Assembly (NCBI GenBank): GCA_002269645.1 | Contig: NIVC01003820.1 | Location: 11,155-75,154 of the forward strand | DNA from: Macrostomum lignano | Lineage: Eukaryota | Reading direction: 5' to 3' | DNA: 64,000 bases | In this document: positions 26,014 to 38,513 of the stretch, in pieces | Position numbering within the stretch: position 1 is the first letter of the stretch | Layout of the letters: each line of letters starts with the position of its first letter | Position numbers and translations under genes: made by a program | The notes under the pieces: generated by a model | Told to the model about the DNA's origin: nothing | Databases searched by the model: none | The model's input: only the letters and a program-made list of their open reading frames with translations

Positions 26014-29000
26014 ACCAAGGGGCTTTGGCACCAAGGGGCTTTGGCACCAAGGGGCTTTAGCACCAAGGGGCTTTAGCACCAAGGGGCTTTAGCACCAAGG
26101 GGCTTTAGCACCAAGGGGCTTTAGCACCAAGGGGCGCCAGCACCAAGGGGCGCCAGCACCAAGGGGCGCCAGCACCAAGGGGCTTTAGCACCAAGGGGCT
26201 TTAGCACCAAGGGGCTTTAGCACCAAGGGGCTTTAGCACCAAGGGGCTTTAGCACCAAGGGCTTTAGCACCAAGGGGCTTTAGCACCAAGGGGCTTTAGC
26301 ACCAAGGGGCTTTAGCACCAAGGGGCTTTAGCACCAAGGGGCTTTAGCACCAAGGGGCTTTAGCACCAAGGGGCTTTAGCACCAAGGGGCTTTAGCACCA
26401 AGGGGCTTTAGCACCAAGGGCTTTAGCACCAAGGGGCTTTAGCACCAAGGGGCTTTAGCACCAAGGGGCTTTAGCACCAAGGGGCTTTAGCACCAAGGGG
26501 CTTTAGCACCAAGGGGCTTTAGCACCAAGGGGCGCCAGCACCAAGGGCGCCAGCACCAAGGGGCTTTAGCACCAAGGGGCTTTAGCACCAAGGGGCTTTA
26601 GCACCAAGGGGCTTTAGCACCAAGGGGCTTTAGCACCAAGGGGCGCCAGCACCAAGGGGCTTTAGCACCAAGGGGCTTTAGCACCAAGGGGCTTTAGCAC
26701 CAAGGGGCTTTAGCACCAAGGGGCTTTAGCACCAAGGGGCTTTAGCACCAAGGGGCTTTAGCACCAAGGGCTTTAGCACCAAGGGGCTTTAGCACCAAGG
26801 GGCTTTAGCACCAAGGGGCGCCAGCACCAAGGGGCTTTAGCACCAAGGGGCTTTAGCACCAAGGGGCTTTAGCACCAAGGGGCTTTAGCACCAAGGGGCT
26901 TTAGCACCAAGGGGCTTTAGCACCAAGGGGCTTTAGCACCAAGGGGCTTTAGCACCAAGGGGCGCCAGCACCAAGGGGCTTTAGCACCAAGGGGCTTTAG
27001 CACCAAGGGGCGCCAGCACCAAGGGGCTTTAGCACCAAGGGGCTTTAGCACCAAGGGGCTTTAGCACCAAGGGGCGCCAGCACCAAGGGGCTTTAGCACC
27101 AAGGGGCTTTAGCACCAAGGGGCTTTAGCACCAAGGGGCTTTAGCACCAAGGGGCTTTAGCACCAAGGGGCTTTAGCACCAAGGGGCTTTAGCACCAAGG
27201 GGCGCCAGCACCAAGGGGCGCCAGCACCAAGGGGCGCCAGCACCAAGGGGCGCCAGCACCAAGGGGCTTTAGCACCAAGGGGCTTTAGCACCAAGGGGCT
27301 TTAGCACCAAGGGGCTTTAGCACCAAGGGGCTTTAGCACCAAGGGGCTTTAGCACCAAGGGGCTTTAGCACCAAGGGGCTTTAGCACCAAGGGGCTTTAG
27401 CACCAAGGGGCTTTAGCACCAAGGGGCTTTAGCACCAAGGGGCTTTAGCACCAAGGGGCTTTAGCACCAAGGGGCTTTAGCACCAAGGGGCTTTAGCACC
27501 AAGGGGCTTTAGCACCAAGGGGCTTTAGCACCAAGGGGCTTTAGCACCAAGGGGCTTTAGCACCAAGGGGCTTTAGCACCAAGGGGCTTTAGCACCAAGG
27601 GGCGCCAGCACCAAGGGGCGCCAGCACCAAGGGGCTTTAGCACCAAGGGCGCCAGCACCAAGGGCTTTAGCACCAAGGGGCTTTAGCACCAAGGGGCTTT
27701 AGCACCAAGGGGCTTTAGCACCAAGGGGCTTTAGCACCAAGGGGCTTTAGCACCAAGGGGCGCCAGCACCAAGGGGCGCCAGCACCAAGGGGCTTTAGCA
27801 CCAAGGGGCTTTAGCACCAAGGGGCTTTAGCACCAAGGGGCTTTAGCACCAAGGGGCTTTAGCACCAAGGGGCTTTAGCACCAAGGGGCTTTAGCACCAA
27901 GGGGCTTTAGCACCAAGGGGCTTTAGCACCAAGGGGCTTTAGCACCAAGGGGCTTTAGCACCAAGGGGCTTTAGCACCAAGGGGCTTTAGCACCAAGGGG
28001 CTTTAGCACCAAGGGGCTTTAGCACCAAGGGGCGCCAGCACCAAGGGGCGCCAGCACCAAGGGGCGCCAGCACCAAGGGGCGCCAGCACCAAGGGGCGCC
28101 AGCACCAAGGGCGCCAGCACCAAGGGGCTTTAGCACCAAGGGGCTTTAGCACCAAGGGGCTTTAGCACCAAGGGGCGCCAGCACCAAGGGGCTTTAGCAC
28201 CAAGGGGCGCCAGCACCAAGGGGCGCCAGCACCAAGGGGCTTTAGCACCAAGGGGCTTTAGCACCAAGGGGCTTTAGCACCAAGGGGCGCCAGCACCAAG
28301 GGGCGCCAGCACCAAGGGGCGCCAGCACCAAGGGGCTTTAGCACCAAGGGGCGCCAGCACCAAGGGGCTTTAGCACCAAGGGGCTTTAGCACCAAGGGGC
28401 TTTAGCACCAAGGGGCTTTAGCACCAAGGGGCTTTAGCACCAAGGGGCTTTAGCACCAAGGGGCTTTAGCACCAAGGGGCTTTAGCACCAAGGGGCTTTA
28501 GCACCAAGGGGCTTTAGCACCAAGGGGCTTTAGCACCAAGGGGCTTTAGCACCAAGGGGCTTTAGCACCAAGGGGCGCCAGCACCAAGGGGCTTTAGCAC
28601 CAAGGGGCTTTAGCACCAAGGGGCTTTAGCACCAAGGGGCTTTAGCACCAAGGGCTTTAGCACCAAGGGGCTTTAGCACCAAGGGCTTTAGCACCAAGGG
28701 GCTTTAGCACCAAGGGGCGCCAGCACCAAGGGGCTTTAGCACCAAGGGGCGCCAGCACCAAGGGGCTTTAGCACCAAGGGGCTTTAGCACCAAGGGGCTT
28801 TAGCACCAAGGGGCTTTAGCACCAAGGGGCTTTAGCACCAAGGGGCTTTAGCACCAAGGGGCTTTAGCACCAAGGGGCTTTAGCACCAAGGGGCGCCAGC
28901 ACCAAGGGGCTTTAGCACCAAGGGGCGCCAGCACCAAGGGGCTTTAGCACCAAGGGGCTTTAGCACCAAGGGGCTTTAGCACCAAGGGGCTTTAGCACCA

Positions 29001-30179
29001 AGGGGCGCCAGCACCAAGGGGCGCCAGCACCAAGGGGCGCCAGCACCAAGGGGCGCCAGCACCAAGGGGCTTTAGCACCAAGGGGCTTTAGCACCAAGGG
29101 GCTTTAGCACCAAGGGGCTTTAGCACCAAGGGGCTTTAGCACCAAGGGGCTTTAGCACCAAGGGGCTTTAGCACCAAGGGGCGCCAGCACCAAGGGGCTT
29201 TAGCACCAAGGGGCGCCAGCACCAAGGGGCTTTAGCACCAAGGGGCTTTAGCACCAAGGGGCGCCAGCACCAAGGGGCTTTAGCACCAAGGGGCTTTAGC
29301 ACCAAGGGGCTTTAGCACCAAGGGGCTTTAGCACCAAGGGGCTTTAGCACCAAGGGGCGCCAGCACCAAGGGGCGCCAGCACCAAGGGGCGCCAGCACCA
29401 AGGGCGCCAGCACCAAGGGGCGCCAGCACCAAGGGGCTTTAGCACCAAGGGGCTTTAGCACCAAGGGGCTTTAGCACCAAGGGGCTTTAGCACCAAGGGG
29501 CTTTAGCACCAAGGGGCTTTAGCACCAAGGGGCTTTAGCACCAAGGGGCGCCAGCACCAAGGGGCGCCAGCACCAAGGGGCTTTAGCACCAAGGGGCTTT
29601 AGCACCAAGGGGCTTTAGCACCAAGGGGCTTTAGCACCAAGGGGCTTTAGCACCAAGGGGCTTTAGCACCAAGGGGCTTTAGCACCAAGGGGCTTTAGCA
29701 CCAAGGGGCTTTAGCACCAAGGGGCTTTAGCACCAAGGGGCTTTAGCACCAAGGGGCGCCAGCACCAAGGGGCTTTAGCACCAAGGGGCTTTAGCACCAA
29801 GGGGCTTTAGCACCAAGGGGCGCCAGCACCAAGGGGCGCCAGCACCAAGGGGCGCCAGCACCAAGGGGCTTTAGCACCAAGGGGCTTTAGCACCAAGGGG
29901 CTTTAGCACCAAGGGGCTTTAGCACCAAGGGGCTTTAGCACCAAGGGGCTTTAGCACCAAGGGGCTTTAGCACCAAGGGGCTTTAGCACCAAGGGGCTTT
30001 AGCACCAAGGGGCTTTAGCACCAAGGGGCTTTAGCACCAAGGGGCTTTAGCACCAAGGGGCTTTAGCACCAAGGGGCTTTAGCACCAAGGGGCTTTAGCA
30101 CCAAGGGGCGCCAGCACCAAGGGGCGCCAGCACCAAGGGGCGCCAGCACCAAGGGGCGCCAGAACCAAGGGGCTTTAGC
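26014..30179. repeat. 4.2-kb 16-bp minisatellite with two interspersed variants (ACCAAGGGGCTTTAGC / ACCAAGGGGCGCCAGC)
   Basis: About 260 units, with occasional 15-bp units missing one G. Confidence 0.98.
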
Positions 30180-30184
30180 CAGCA

Positions 30185-30800
30185 CCGAGGTAAGAAACCT
30201 TCGTCTGCTTGACGTGGATGTCCTTATCCAGAAGCAGTTCGCATTTAGAAAGCGGAACCTCCGGCCGCACGGCGACCTCAGCCTGCGAGACCTGGAAGCA
30301 GCGGAAGGCCAGCTGACTCTCTCGAACAGAATCCCTTTGCCCTCCACTAAAATCCAAAAACATTATTCCCCTACGTCATGAATAAGAGGCAATTGGAACC
30401 CCTGTGAAATCCACTTCTTCAATGACGGATCCCAAATCAACTCCGACTCTGGCTACGGCTACTGCTTCGTACCTGGAGGGAGACCGTGGCGACCTTCTCT
30501 CAGCACACTGGTACCTGCTTTACCGTCCTTCAGAAGGGAGAGATCTATATGAAGGAGATCACCCTCCTCTTGGACAGTCAAGCAGCGATCCACGTGTACA
30601 GTCCTCGACTGCATCGCGCAGCTTAACCGCTTCTAAAGGCGCCTCCAACAAGGTGTCCCTGATTGGATCTCCGGGCACTCTGGCCACCCCGGCAATGTGT
30701 CGACGATCGCCTGACCAAGGCTGGCTCAACCTTGCCTTTTACTGGTCCCCGTGGCCCGAGAGTTTCTGCCAGCTCGTCCGCAACTTAAGAGCTGCCGGGC
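30185..30800 (+). mobile_element. Degenerate non-LTR retrotransposon fragment (RNase H domain, LOA/I-group-like)
   Basis: Across frameshifts: IHFFNDGSQINSDSGYG, ITLLLDSQAAI, WISGHSGHPGN, DRLTKAGSTLPFTGP. These are RNase H catalytic motifs followed by the FTGP signature seen in LOA-type LINEs. Confidence 0.7.
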
Positions 30801-31306
30801 GAGCAACCATCCACCTCCTGGACTCTCCAGAATAGGTATTTTACTGTTGGTTTGTCTAATAATAATATGGTTATTTTCTCTGACACGAAATTACGTTAAA
30901 CTAATTGATAAGAATATTTTTGCGTGGAATTCCCTACAGCGTGCAGTTGTTTAGCTGCAGTTTTCTAAAAATAGAAATTACACACGCGCGGCCTCACCTC
31001 GCTTCGCGAAATTGTTCACTTTAAATGTGCTGTACTGTGCACTATGCTAAATGCAATGCAATGCGTTAGTGTTTATTTTAAGCCATGACCAGTACAATTA
31101 CGTCCTTGTTAGTTTGTCAGAACTGCGGATTACCTAATTACTATTATTGTTGATGACTTCTTAGCGCAGAAAACAAGGCACTTTACCCTCTTGCAGTATA
31201 AAAATGGTACTATAGGACATAGGTAGATTGTAAGTCTATAAACATCAAAACCTGTAAAAAACGTAGCCTGCAGTCTACAATCTATAGGTTTAGTTTTATA
31301 CTAATC

Positions 31307-31852
31307 ATGAATTGCCTGCCGATTGCAGAGTTGGTGATGCATTACACACTAATCTGTGTGAGCACAGTCTGCTTGTGCATAGAAATCCAGCTCAATGAGA
31401 TATTCGATGGACTCAACTCTGAGTACAGCAGATACCTCGGCTACATCTGCCCCGTTATGGTGACGCTACTGAGCTTACTCAGGCTAACTGTCATTATCTT
31501 CAAGAATTGTTGCAAAAGAAAGAACAAGAAAAAATCTGGAAGCGGCTGCAGCTGGTGGTGCTTGTTGATGCAGCTTCTGGCTTGGCTCGCCTGCGCCGCT
31601 GGCTTCTTGGCCATGACCGTGCTCATCACCATCGGCCTGCCGCACATTCAAGGCGTCGTCTCGTTGGCGTCATCAGCGACGGTTTCAGACTGTCCAGGAA
31701 TCAACTTGGCCATTCGACTGTGGCGATTTCAAGCGGCAGTGGCCGGAGTGGCGGCTGGCGAGTGTCTGGCTCTCTTCGGCCTGAGAACTGCAGGGCTGGT
31801 GGCGGCCCCGAGACCAAGGGAGGAGGATGGCGTCATTTTCCAAGAAACATGA
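31307..31852 (+). CDS. Intronless four-transmembrane protein, 181 aa, unknown family
   Basis: ATG-to-TGA ORF in AT-rich flanks; four hydrophobic segments with a Cys/Lys-rich loop (KNCCKRKNKKK). Confidence 0.65.
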   Translation: MNCLPIAELVMHYTLICVSTVCLCIEIQLNEIFDGLNSEYSRYLGYICPVMVTLLSLLRLTVIIFKNCCKRKNKKKSGSGCSWWCLLMQLLAWLACAAGFLAMTVLITIGLPHIQGVVSLASSATVSDCPGINLAIRLWRFQAAVAGVAAGECLALFGLRTAGLVAAPRPREEDGVIFQET

Positions 31853-32744
31853 TGGTCGTTTAGACCGGGAGCGGCAAAAAAGCAAATCCCTGTGTAAAAT
31901 TTGTTTGTTACAGTTAATGTTTGCAGTGATGTTATAAGTAGTTCTTACCGAATCTTGTAAAATACAAACGTTTAATCCATGCTTATTTGTTTGACTAAGT
32001 GCCTGTGACTTTTGCTGGCCAAAAGTTACAAACGAGGATTTTAATGGCTCAGTAAAATTTTTATAGCTTTAGTAAATTAGTTCTATTCTTATGTAATTTA
32101 ACTTATCTACAGACATTATAACTAATGATATGCTATATTTTAATCGTTACGAGTTACAAAGATAATAATACAAATTGTACATAAATTTAGAAATACTATA
32201 TTTATAATTATCATGTTGAATTATTAGGGTACTAAACTATTAGCGCTAGACTATAAAATGTAAATTATTATGTAATAAAACAACTGGCATACAGTATAAT
32301 GGATAGCACTTGTAAAAAAAAATACTAATTCCAATACACTTAAAATAGGAAGTCAGGATTTTAGAATTAATGCTCAAAACTGACGGGTCACAATAGGAAT
32401 TTGCCCTGCAAATGCCCAAAAGCAGAACATTTCAAACAAACGCCGTAGATAACAGCTGTGGCTCTACGATCTGCTGTCTGACTTTAGACATCTCTCTTAG
32501 CTCGTAAAGTGTACACGAGTACTTTATAATCGCTTCGATAGCCAGTCAATTGACGTGCTAAAGTTTATCTGAAAAAACTGTCAAAATTTTGTCTATGGCA
32601 CAGAGAAGGCGAATCTTTTCTGCGTTGATGTCAAATTTGAAGTCAAAAGAAGAGAGATCCCGGCCCAACTTCTTTGTTAAAGCTGCTTTAAAAGAAATTA
32701 AAGGTTGCTCTAGACGACTTTTGATTATAATAAAGACAGGAAAG

Positions 32745-34789
32745 ATGGACCAGCAAGAGGACTCAGAAGCGACAGTCGATCTGAAGCAAACATTCTGCTT
32801 CGACTTTCTATCCGGGCCAGAAACTACGGAGGCGGCCAGTCACAGCAATCAGAGCAACCGCACCGACATCATGAAGAAGTACTTAGTCTACATGGAGCTA
32901 CCCAAGATTAGAGTGAGTGTCTGATATCTCAACTAATCTACTGGTAGTAGTTTAGATTTAACAAAAACTTTTGGTATTAAAAAGATTTTCATCACTGTTC
33001 TTACCAAGCCATTTTTATCTACACTGTACAGATTGGAGACTACAGAAAGTCGAGCTGCGTCTCCGGCAACGTGATCCGCTTTCACTTTCTGCTTCGTATC
33101 GCTCGCGATGAAGAGAATATGGTGCTGCGACTGCAACCCATCAAGGCCTACAAAACGCCCGTGGTGAACTTCGCCGTCATCCATCGGCCTTTCCTTGACG
33201 ATGACAGCGCTAAAGGTCCAATTCCAAAGAGTCCCGGTGTGCGCAGCCCGCTGATCAACTACGAAGGCGAAGAGACCAGTCCAGGAGTGCCCGACAGTCG
33301 TACCGATGATATCATTGAAGACTTTCAAAGCGACAAAGCTCAAGCGCCTAGTGTCGAAGATGAACAAAAGCAACAACAGGGACAGAGGCGATCAAGCGAT
33401 GCTAGCATCGGTAAATCTCAACCTAAACTGAAAGAAAGCCCGAAGAGGCGGTCCAGTCAGGCGAGTATCGACAAAGACAAAGTACAGCAGAAATCCTCAG
33501 AGAGCCCGAAGAGGCGGTCCAGTCAGGCGAGTATCGACAAAGACAAAGTACAGCAGAAATCCTCCGAGAGCCCGAAGAGGCGGTCCAGTCAGGCGAGTAT
33601 CGACAAAGACAAAGTACAGCAGAAATCCTCCGAGAGCCCGAAGAGGCGGTCCAGTCAGGCGAGTATCGACAAAGACAAAGTACAGCAGAAATCCTCCGAG
33701 AGCCCGAAGAGGCGGTCTAGTCAGGCCAGTATCGACAATGCCAAAGTACAGCAGAAATCCTCCGAGAGCCCGAAGAGGCGGTCCAGTCAGGCGAGTATCG
33801 ACAAAGCTCAACAAGAGCAGGCAAAGAGTCCCCAGAAACATTCGAGTTCAGAAAAGACCCAGACCCAGCCCTCAGAGAGTCCCAAGCGACGATCTAGTCA
33901 GGCAAGCACCGACGAGCAGCAGCGGTTAGAAGTAGAAGCGCCCGTGAGGCGGCCAAGCCAGACAAGTCTCGACCAGTCTAAAATGGCGATCGTTGATCAG
34001 AGACGCTCGAGCCAATCAAGCACAGGTGCTCAGCAGCAGCGATTTGAAGTTGAGGCGCCCGTTAGGCGGCCAAGCCAAGCTAGCGAAGATCTGCTTCAGC
34101 AGGCCGGGGCAGCAAGGCAGCAAGAGAGTCAAACCAGTTCGGAAAATCGTCAGTCTCAGGTACCGGAGACGTCTCAACAGAGACCTGCCCAGGGCATCTT
34201 GGCTGAGTCTCCAAAAAAGGCCCGACTTGAGATCGAGTCACCGACACCTCGTCAGGACATTTCCCCAGCTAGACTTCTCTCAGACGATAATGCAACCACT
34301 CGCACAGATACGACCGGTCGTCAAAAGCAGCGCCGTCCAAAGAAGTATTTTGTCTACTGCGAGATACCGAAGATCCTCCTTGGCGACTATCGCAACTCCA
34401 GCGTCATCTGCTCTGAGATTATCCACGCGCATTTCCTGATGAAAATTGCCAAAGATGAAGAAAGCAACCAGCCGCGTCTGAAACCGATCAAGCGGTATCA
34501 CCGGCCAAAAGTGAACTTTGCAGTCATTCACCGGTCGCTACTGGTTGACGACGACGCAATCGGGCCGATTCCTCGCAGCCCGAACGTTCGGTCACCGATG
34601 ATCCGCGAGGACGAGCCCGAGGAGGAAGACGACGTTCCGCCAGACAACGTGATGCACGCCACAATGGGCTTCTGCTACGGTCGCCTGCCCCGCTCTAAGT
34701 ACGAGCTGGTCACGCAGTGGTCGTTGGTCAATGGAGACGGTGGTGGACCGCCACTTCCTGAGCTCGTGCTCAGCAAGGCCGATGTGTGA
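32745..34789 (+). CDS. Uncharacterised 641-aa protein with two copies of an unrecognised domain of about 90 aa flanking a Ser/Gln/Lys-rich repeat linker
   Basis: Exon 32745-32912 (donor AGA|GTGAGT) plus exon 33032-34789 (acceptor TGTACAG|), phase 0; internal homology is visible by eye. An upstream in-frame ATG near 32595 is possible. Confidence 0.8.
33437..33806 (+). repeat. 66-bp coding tandem repeat (ESPKRRSSQASIDKDKVQQKSS), 5 full copies and 1 partial
   Basis: In-frame units at 33437, 33503, 33569, 33635, 33701 and 33767. Confidence 0.93.
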
Positions 34790-35381
34790 TTTTGTCAAGT
34801 GCCATTCGGCGTGCTTAGCGGTGAAATCAATAACCACGGCGTTCATTTTTGTTCAGCGTCAGTCATCGAGCGACCGATTTTTCAGTTTTACTTCTTTGGA
34901 ACACTTCAAACAATTTTTTCGTCTTTACAGACAAGTTTTTTTCGGCCTGCGCACTGCAGGTGCAATCAATCGCTCAGAAATTTCCTCTGCAATTTATACT
35001 AATCCTCTTTTACTACCTGTGCCCATACATTGTTTAGACAGAAGCGACCACTAAATTAAACCGGATTTTTTATTTCAACTATACACACTTGCTGAAACAA
35101 AATAAGTCGTTGATGCATCATTTTCACCTAAATAGGCCTTGCACTTTCTATTCCGTCAATTTTTAACCAGCCTTGATTACTTAGATTATTTAAATTACTT
35201 ATTAGCCGATAAGTAGCTCGGATAATTAGGTCCGTAAACTACTATTTTTTAGATCAATCCGATATTCTATTCGATAAATTCTTTATTCGATAAGATTGAA
35301 TAGCTACAAAGAAAACTTTAAATTACAGCGTGTCAATGTCCACATGGACTTGATTATACATCATTCTAGGAAATCGTAATA

Positions 35382-36636
35382 TTGGGTTGTAGCAAAAGTT
35401 TCGAGCGTTTTCTTTAAACTTCTAGCGCTTTCTCTAGAGAAATTTCTGGAATGTTCTATGGGGGTATACGAGTATAAGAGTGACCAGTGCGCACTACCGT
35501 ATCCACTTCATATGCTCAACCTTCAGCTACAATGGTTACGAAACAACACGATCAACGTCACCTCATTCGAGCATCTTTACTTTTCTGCTTCAAGCTGGGC
35601 AACTCAGCAGCTGAGGTGCATCGCAAGTTATGTCAGGCATGTGCCGAAGACTTTCTGAGCGATCAACGCTGCCATGTCTGGTTTGCGCAGTTCAAGAAGG
35701 GTACGACGAATTACTCGAAGGCAAGTAGCTCTCCGGTTACCCACCTGAGCTCGATATCCAGCAGCTTGCCCTGCTTTTCGAAGCTGAGCCATATCTTACA
35801 ACACGTGAAATTGCAGAGTACTTTAAAGTCTCTGCCATGACCACCGACCGCGGCCTTCATCAACTCGGCAAAGTGCACAAGCTTGGTCGATGGGTTCCAC
35901 ACGAACTTTCCCGTGAGAACAAGGATCAGCGCATCATCACATGCACCCAACTCCTGTCCTATCGTCGCAATCCAGGATCGCTCGATACTGGTTACTGGCG
36001 ATGAGGAGTGGGTGGCCAGTTTCAACACCACGCGCAAGCGCCAGTGGCTTTGCATGGCGGATCAGCCACAGCCAACGCCCAAACCTGATCTACACCAAAA
36101 GAAGGTCATGATGTGAGTCTGGTGGAATTCCAGTGGAATCGTCCACTGGGAGCTCCTGCCTCGTAACACCAGCATCACTGCCGATGTCTACTGTGAGCAG
36201 CTGGACAGACTGCATCAGGCTTTTGTCAAGCAGCAGGGCGCTGGCGCTAAAATTCGATTTCTTCACGACAACGCCCGACCTCGTGTGGCGAAGAAGACAC
36301 TACAGAAGCGGCTCGAGCTAGGCTGGGAAGTGATGCCCCACCCTCCCTACTCGCCTGATCTTGCGCCATCTGACTACCATCTGTTCTGCTCTATGCAGAG
36401 CCACATAAATGGTGTGACGTTAAAAGACGAGGAGGAGGTGACAGCCTGGCTCGAGCAACACTTCAAGTCGCTGCCGCCTGAGTTCTTTAAGAAGGGCATC
36501 CACGATCTCATCGCCAGATGGCAACAGGTCATTGATCAGGATGGTGATTATATCCTGGAATAGAAACTGTTAGGACTGGAAAAATGAATTCAAAGTTTGA
36601 GTGCAGAAACGCTCAGAACTTTTGTTACAACAACAA
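35382..36636 (+). mobile_element. Mariner (DD34D) DNA transposon, about 1255 bp, with a pseudogenised transposase
   Basis: Imperfect TIRs TTGGGTTGTAGCAAAAGTTTCGAGCGTTTT and AAACGCTCAGAACTTTTGTTACAACAACAA with TA on both flanks. Transposase 35532-36563 carries WVPHEL, TGDEEW, HDNARP and YSPDLAPSDY; two frameshifts and a TGA at about 36113. Confidence 0.95.
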
Positions 36637-38513
36637 TAACTTAAGTGAGCATTAAATGTAGTGAATTTTTTTAATGAGCCCAGTCTTCAGTTTAACACTA
36701 TATATATGCGATATCAATCTGACGAACTTAAGGGAACTTCAACAGCCAATAGAATGGAACGGGGGTACCAGGATTCCAAAAGTAAAAAACGAGAAAAACA
36801 AACAGTAACTCGGTCAGATTGGCACTCCATCATTATTTTCTTTCCGATCCATGAATACACACAGTTAACAAAATTTTTTGACTTTAGCAACACAGGAGCA
36901 GCAAGTAGCTTTCACTATTAGTTGACAGTAGATAGCAAACAGTTAAATTAGTAATAGTCAGAGTTAGTTTTTACAGTTACACTTTGTTAGTGCAACACAT
37001 AGCAGCGAAGTTAGCAGCTCAAACCGGAAAGTGTGTGACGTCACATTTTTTCAAAAAGCGAACCACGACTGGCAACTATTCTGCATTTAAAACAAAATTT
37101 AATATTTCAATATATACTTACCTTGCCTAATTGATAGTGGCAAATTCCAAAAATGTCTAAAACTGCTAACTACTTTCTAAATAGATACTTTAGAAATAGT
37201 TTTAAACAGAATAAGTAGATAACTCGTGGAAACTATTTGCATCCAATTCTCACCAAAACTATTTTTGGCGATTTTAATTTTTCATCACATTAAACACCCA
37301 CTGAGCGTCAAGTCAATGTTTCAGAAAAATCGGAATTATTTTGTCGACCTAAACTTAAAGAAGCTTGATACTCCGTCTATGAACCCGTCACGGACTACTT
37401 AAGTACTACTTATCTACTAGTGGTCCTTGGAACCCGTCTGTGTGCCGAATTCTGCAATGCTAAGGCTACTCAAGGATTTGTGCAAAACTGCATGGTTGCC
37501 GCGTGAGCTGACGGTGGAGCACAGGACGAGCTGATTGAGCGCTATTTATCAAGTGGTTCAAAATCGTTCATAACTTTGGAAAAATGCAGCCAAGCCTAAA
37601 ATTTTATGGAACCACGACACTTCAAAGTCTACATATTTAAAGTTTCATTCAAATCAGACGCTCTGGACGTGAGCAATAGTACAGAAAGTTTTGCAGCTTT
37701 ATCTTGGACACACAATATCTTGGAGACGTCCAACTGATACGTGTCTAGGAAGTTGCTGGCGCATCACAAAACACTTGTCTGCAGCGTCACGGATATCGAT
37801 ACGTATTTTTGTCTTAAGGGTCTGAACTACGGTGAAAATGCACATACAGGATTGGGAGTCTGAAAAAGCTGTGCACGGATGCATCATCTTTGGCTTTTAT
37901 GTTTGGCGTCCTTTTACTTCTAATTTATTACATGTACGTGTCAACAGTTCTCAACAGTATACGAATTCAAACTCCGACTCCAAATACTCCGAATGGAAAG
38001 AAGATTGTCAGTCGTGCACTCGAACTTCTCTGAGCAATATAAATATTGCCGTGTATTTGATCATAGACTGATGCGTTAGGCAAAATTTTCTGGTCAAAGT
38101 AAATATTTCAGTCTTCGGATTGACTTCAGTTCTCAAGCAGTTTGATCTTCGCAGTGCTCAGCTCCTGAAGACAACACACATCGGTTCGAAACACGAATTG
38201 GCGAATTTTGCTGATTTCTCTCAGAGTCTGGAATTCAAAATAAAAAAATGTTTTGCGCTGATTGTCAAAGTAGTGCCAGAAGAAATCAGGACATATCTGA
38301 TCAAAATTTTCAGAAAAGTAAATGTCCAAAATCTTGTTTGAAACAAACAACCAGGAATAGCAAATGGCGTAATGGCACTTTATACACATACGAGTACTTT
38401 TTGAATCTGCGAATCCGGGATCCTCATCCTTGATCAAAATTCGAACTATAGGACCCAGATTCTAATTTAGAATTTAAATCCGGAATCCTCATCCAGGACT
38501 GAATTCAGAAGTG

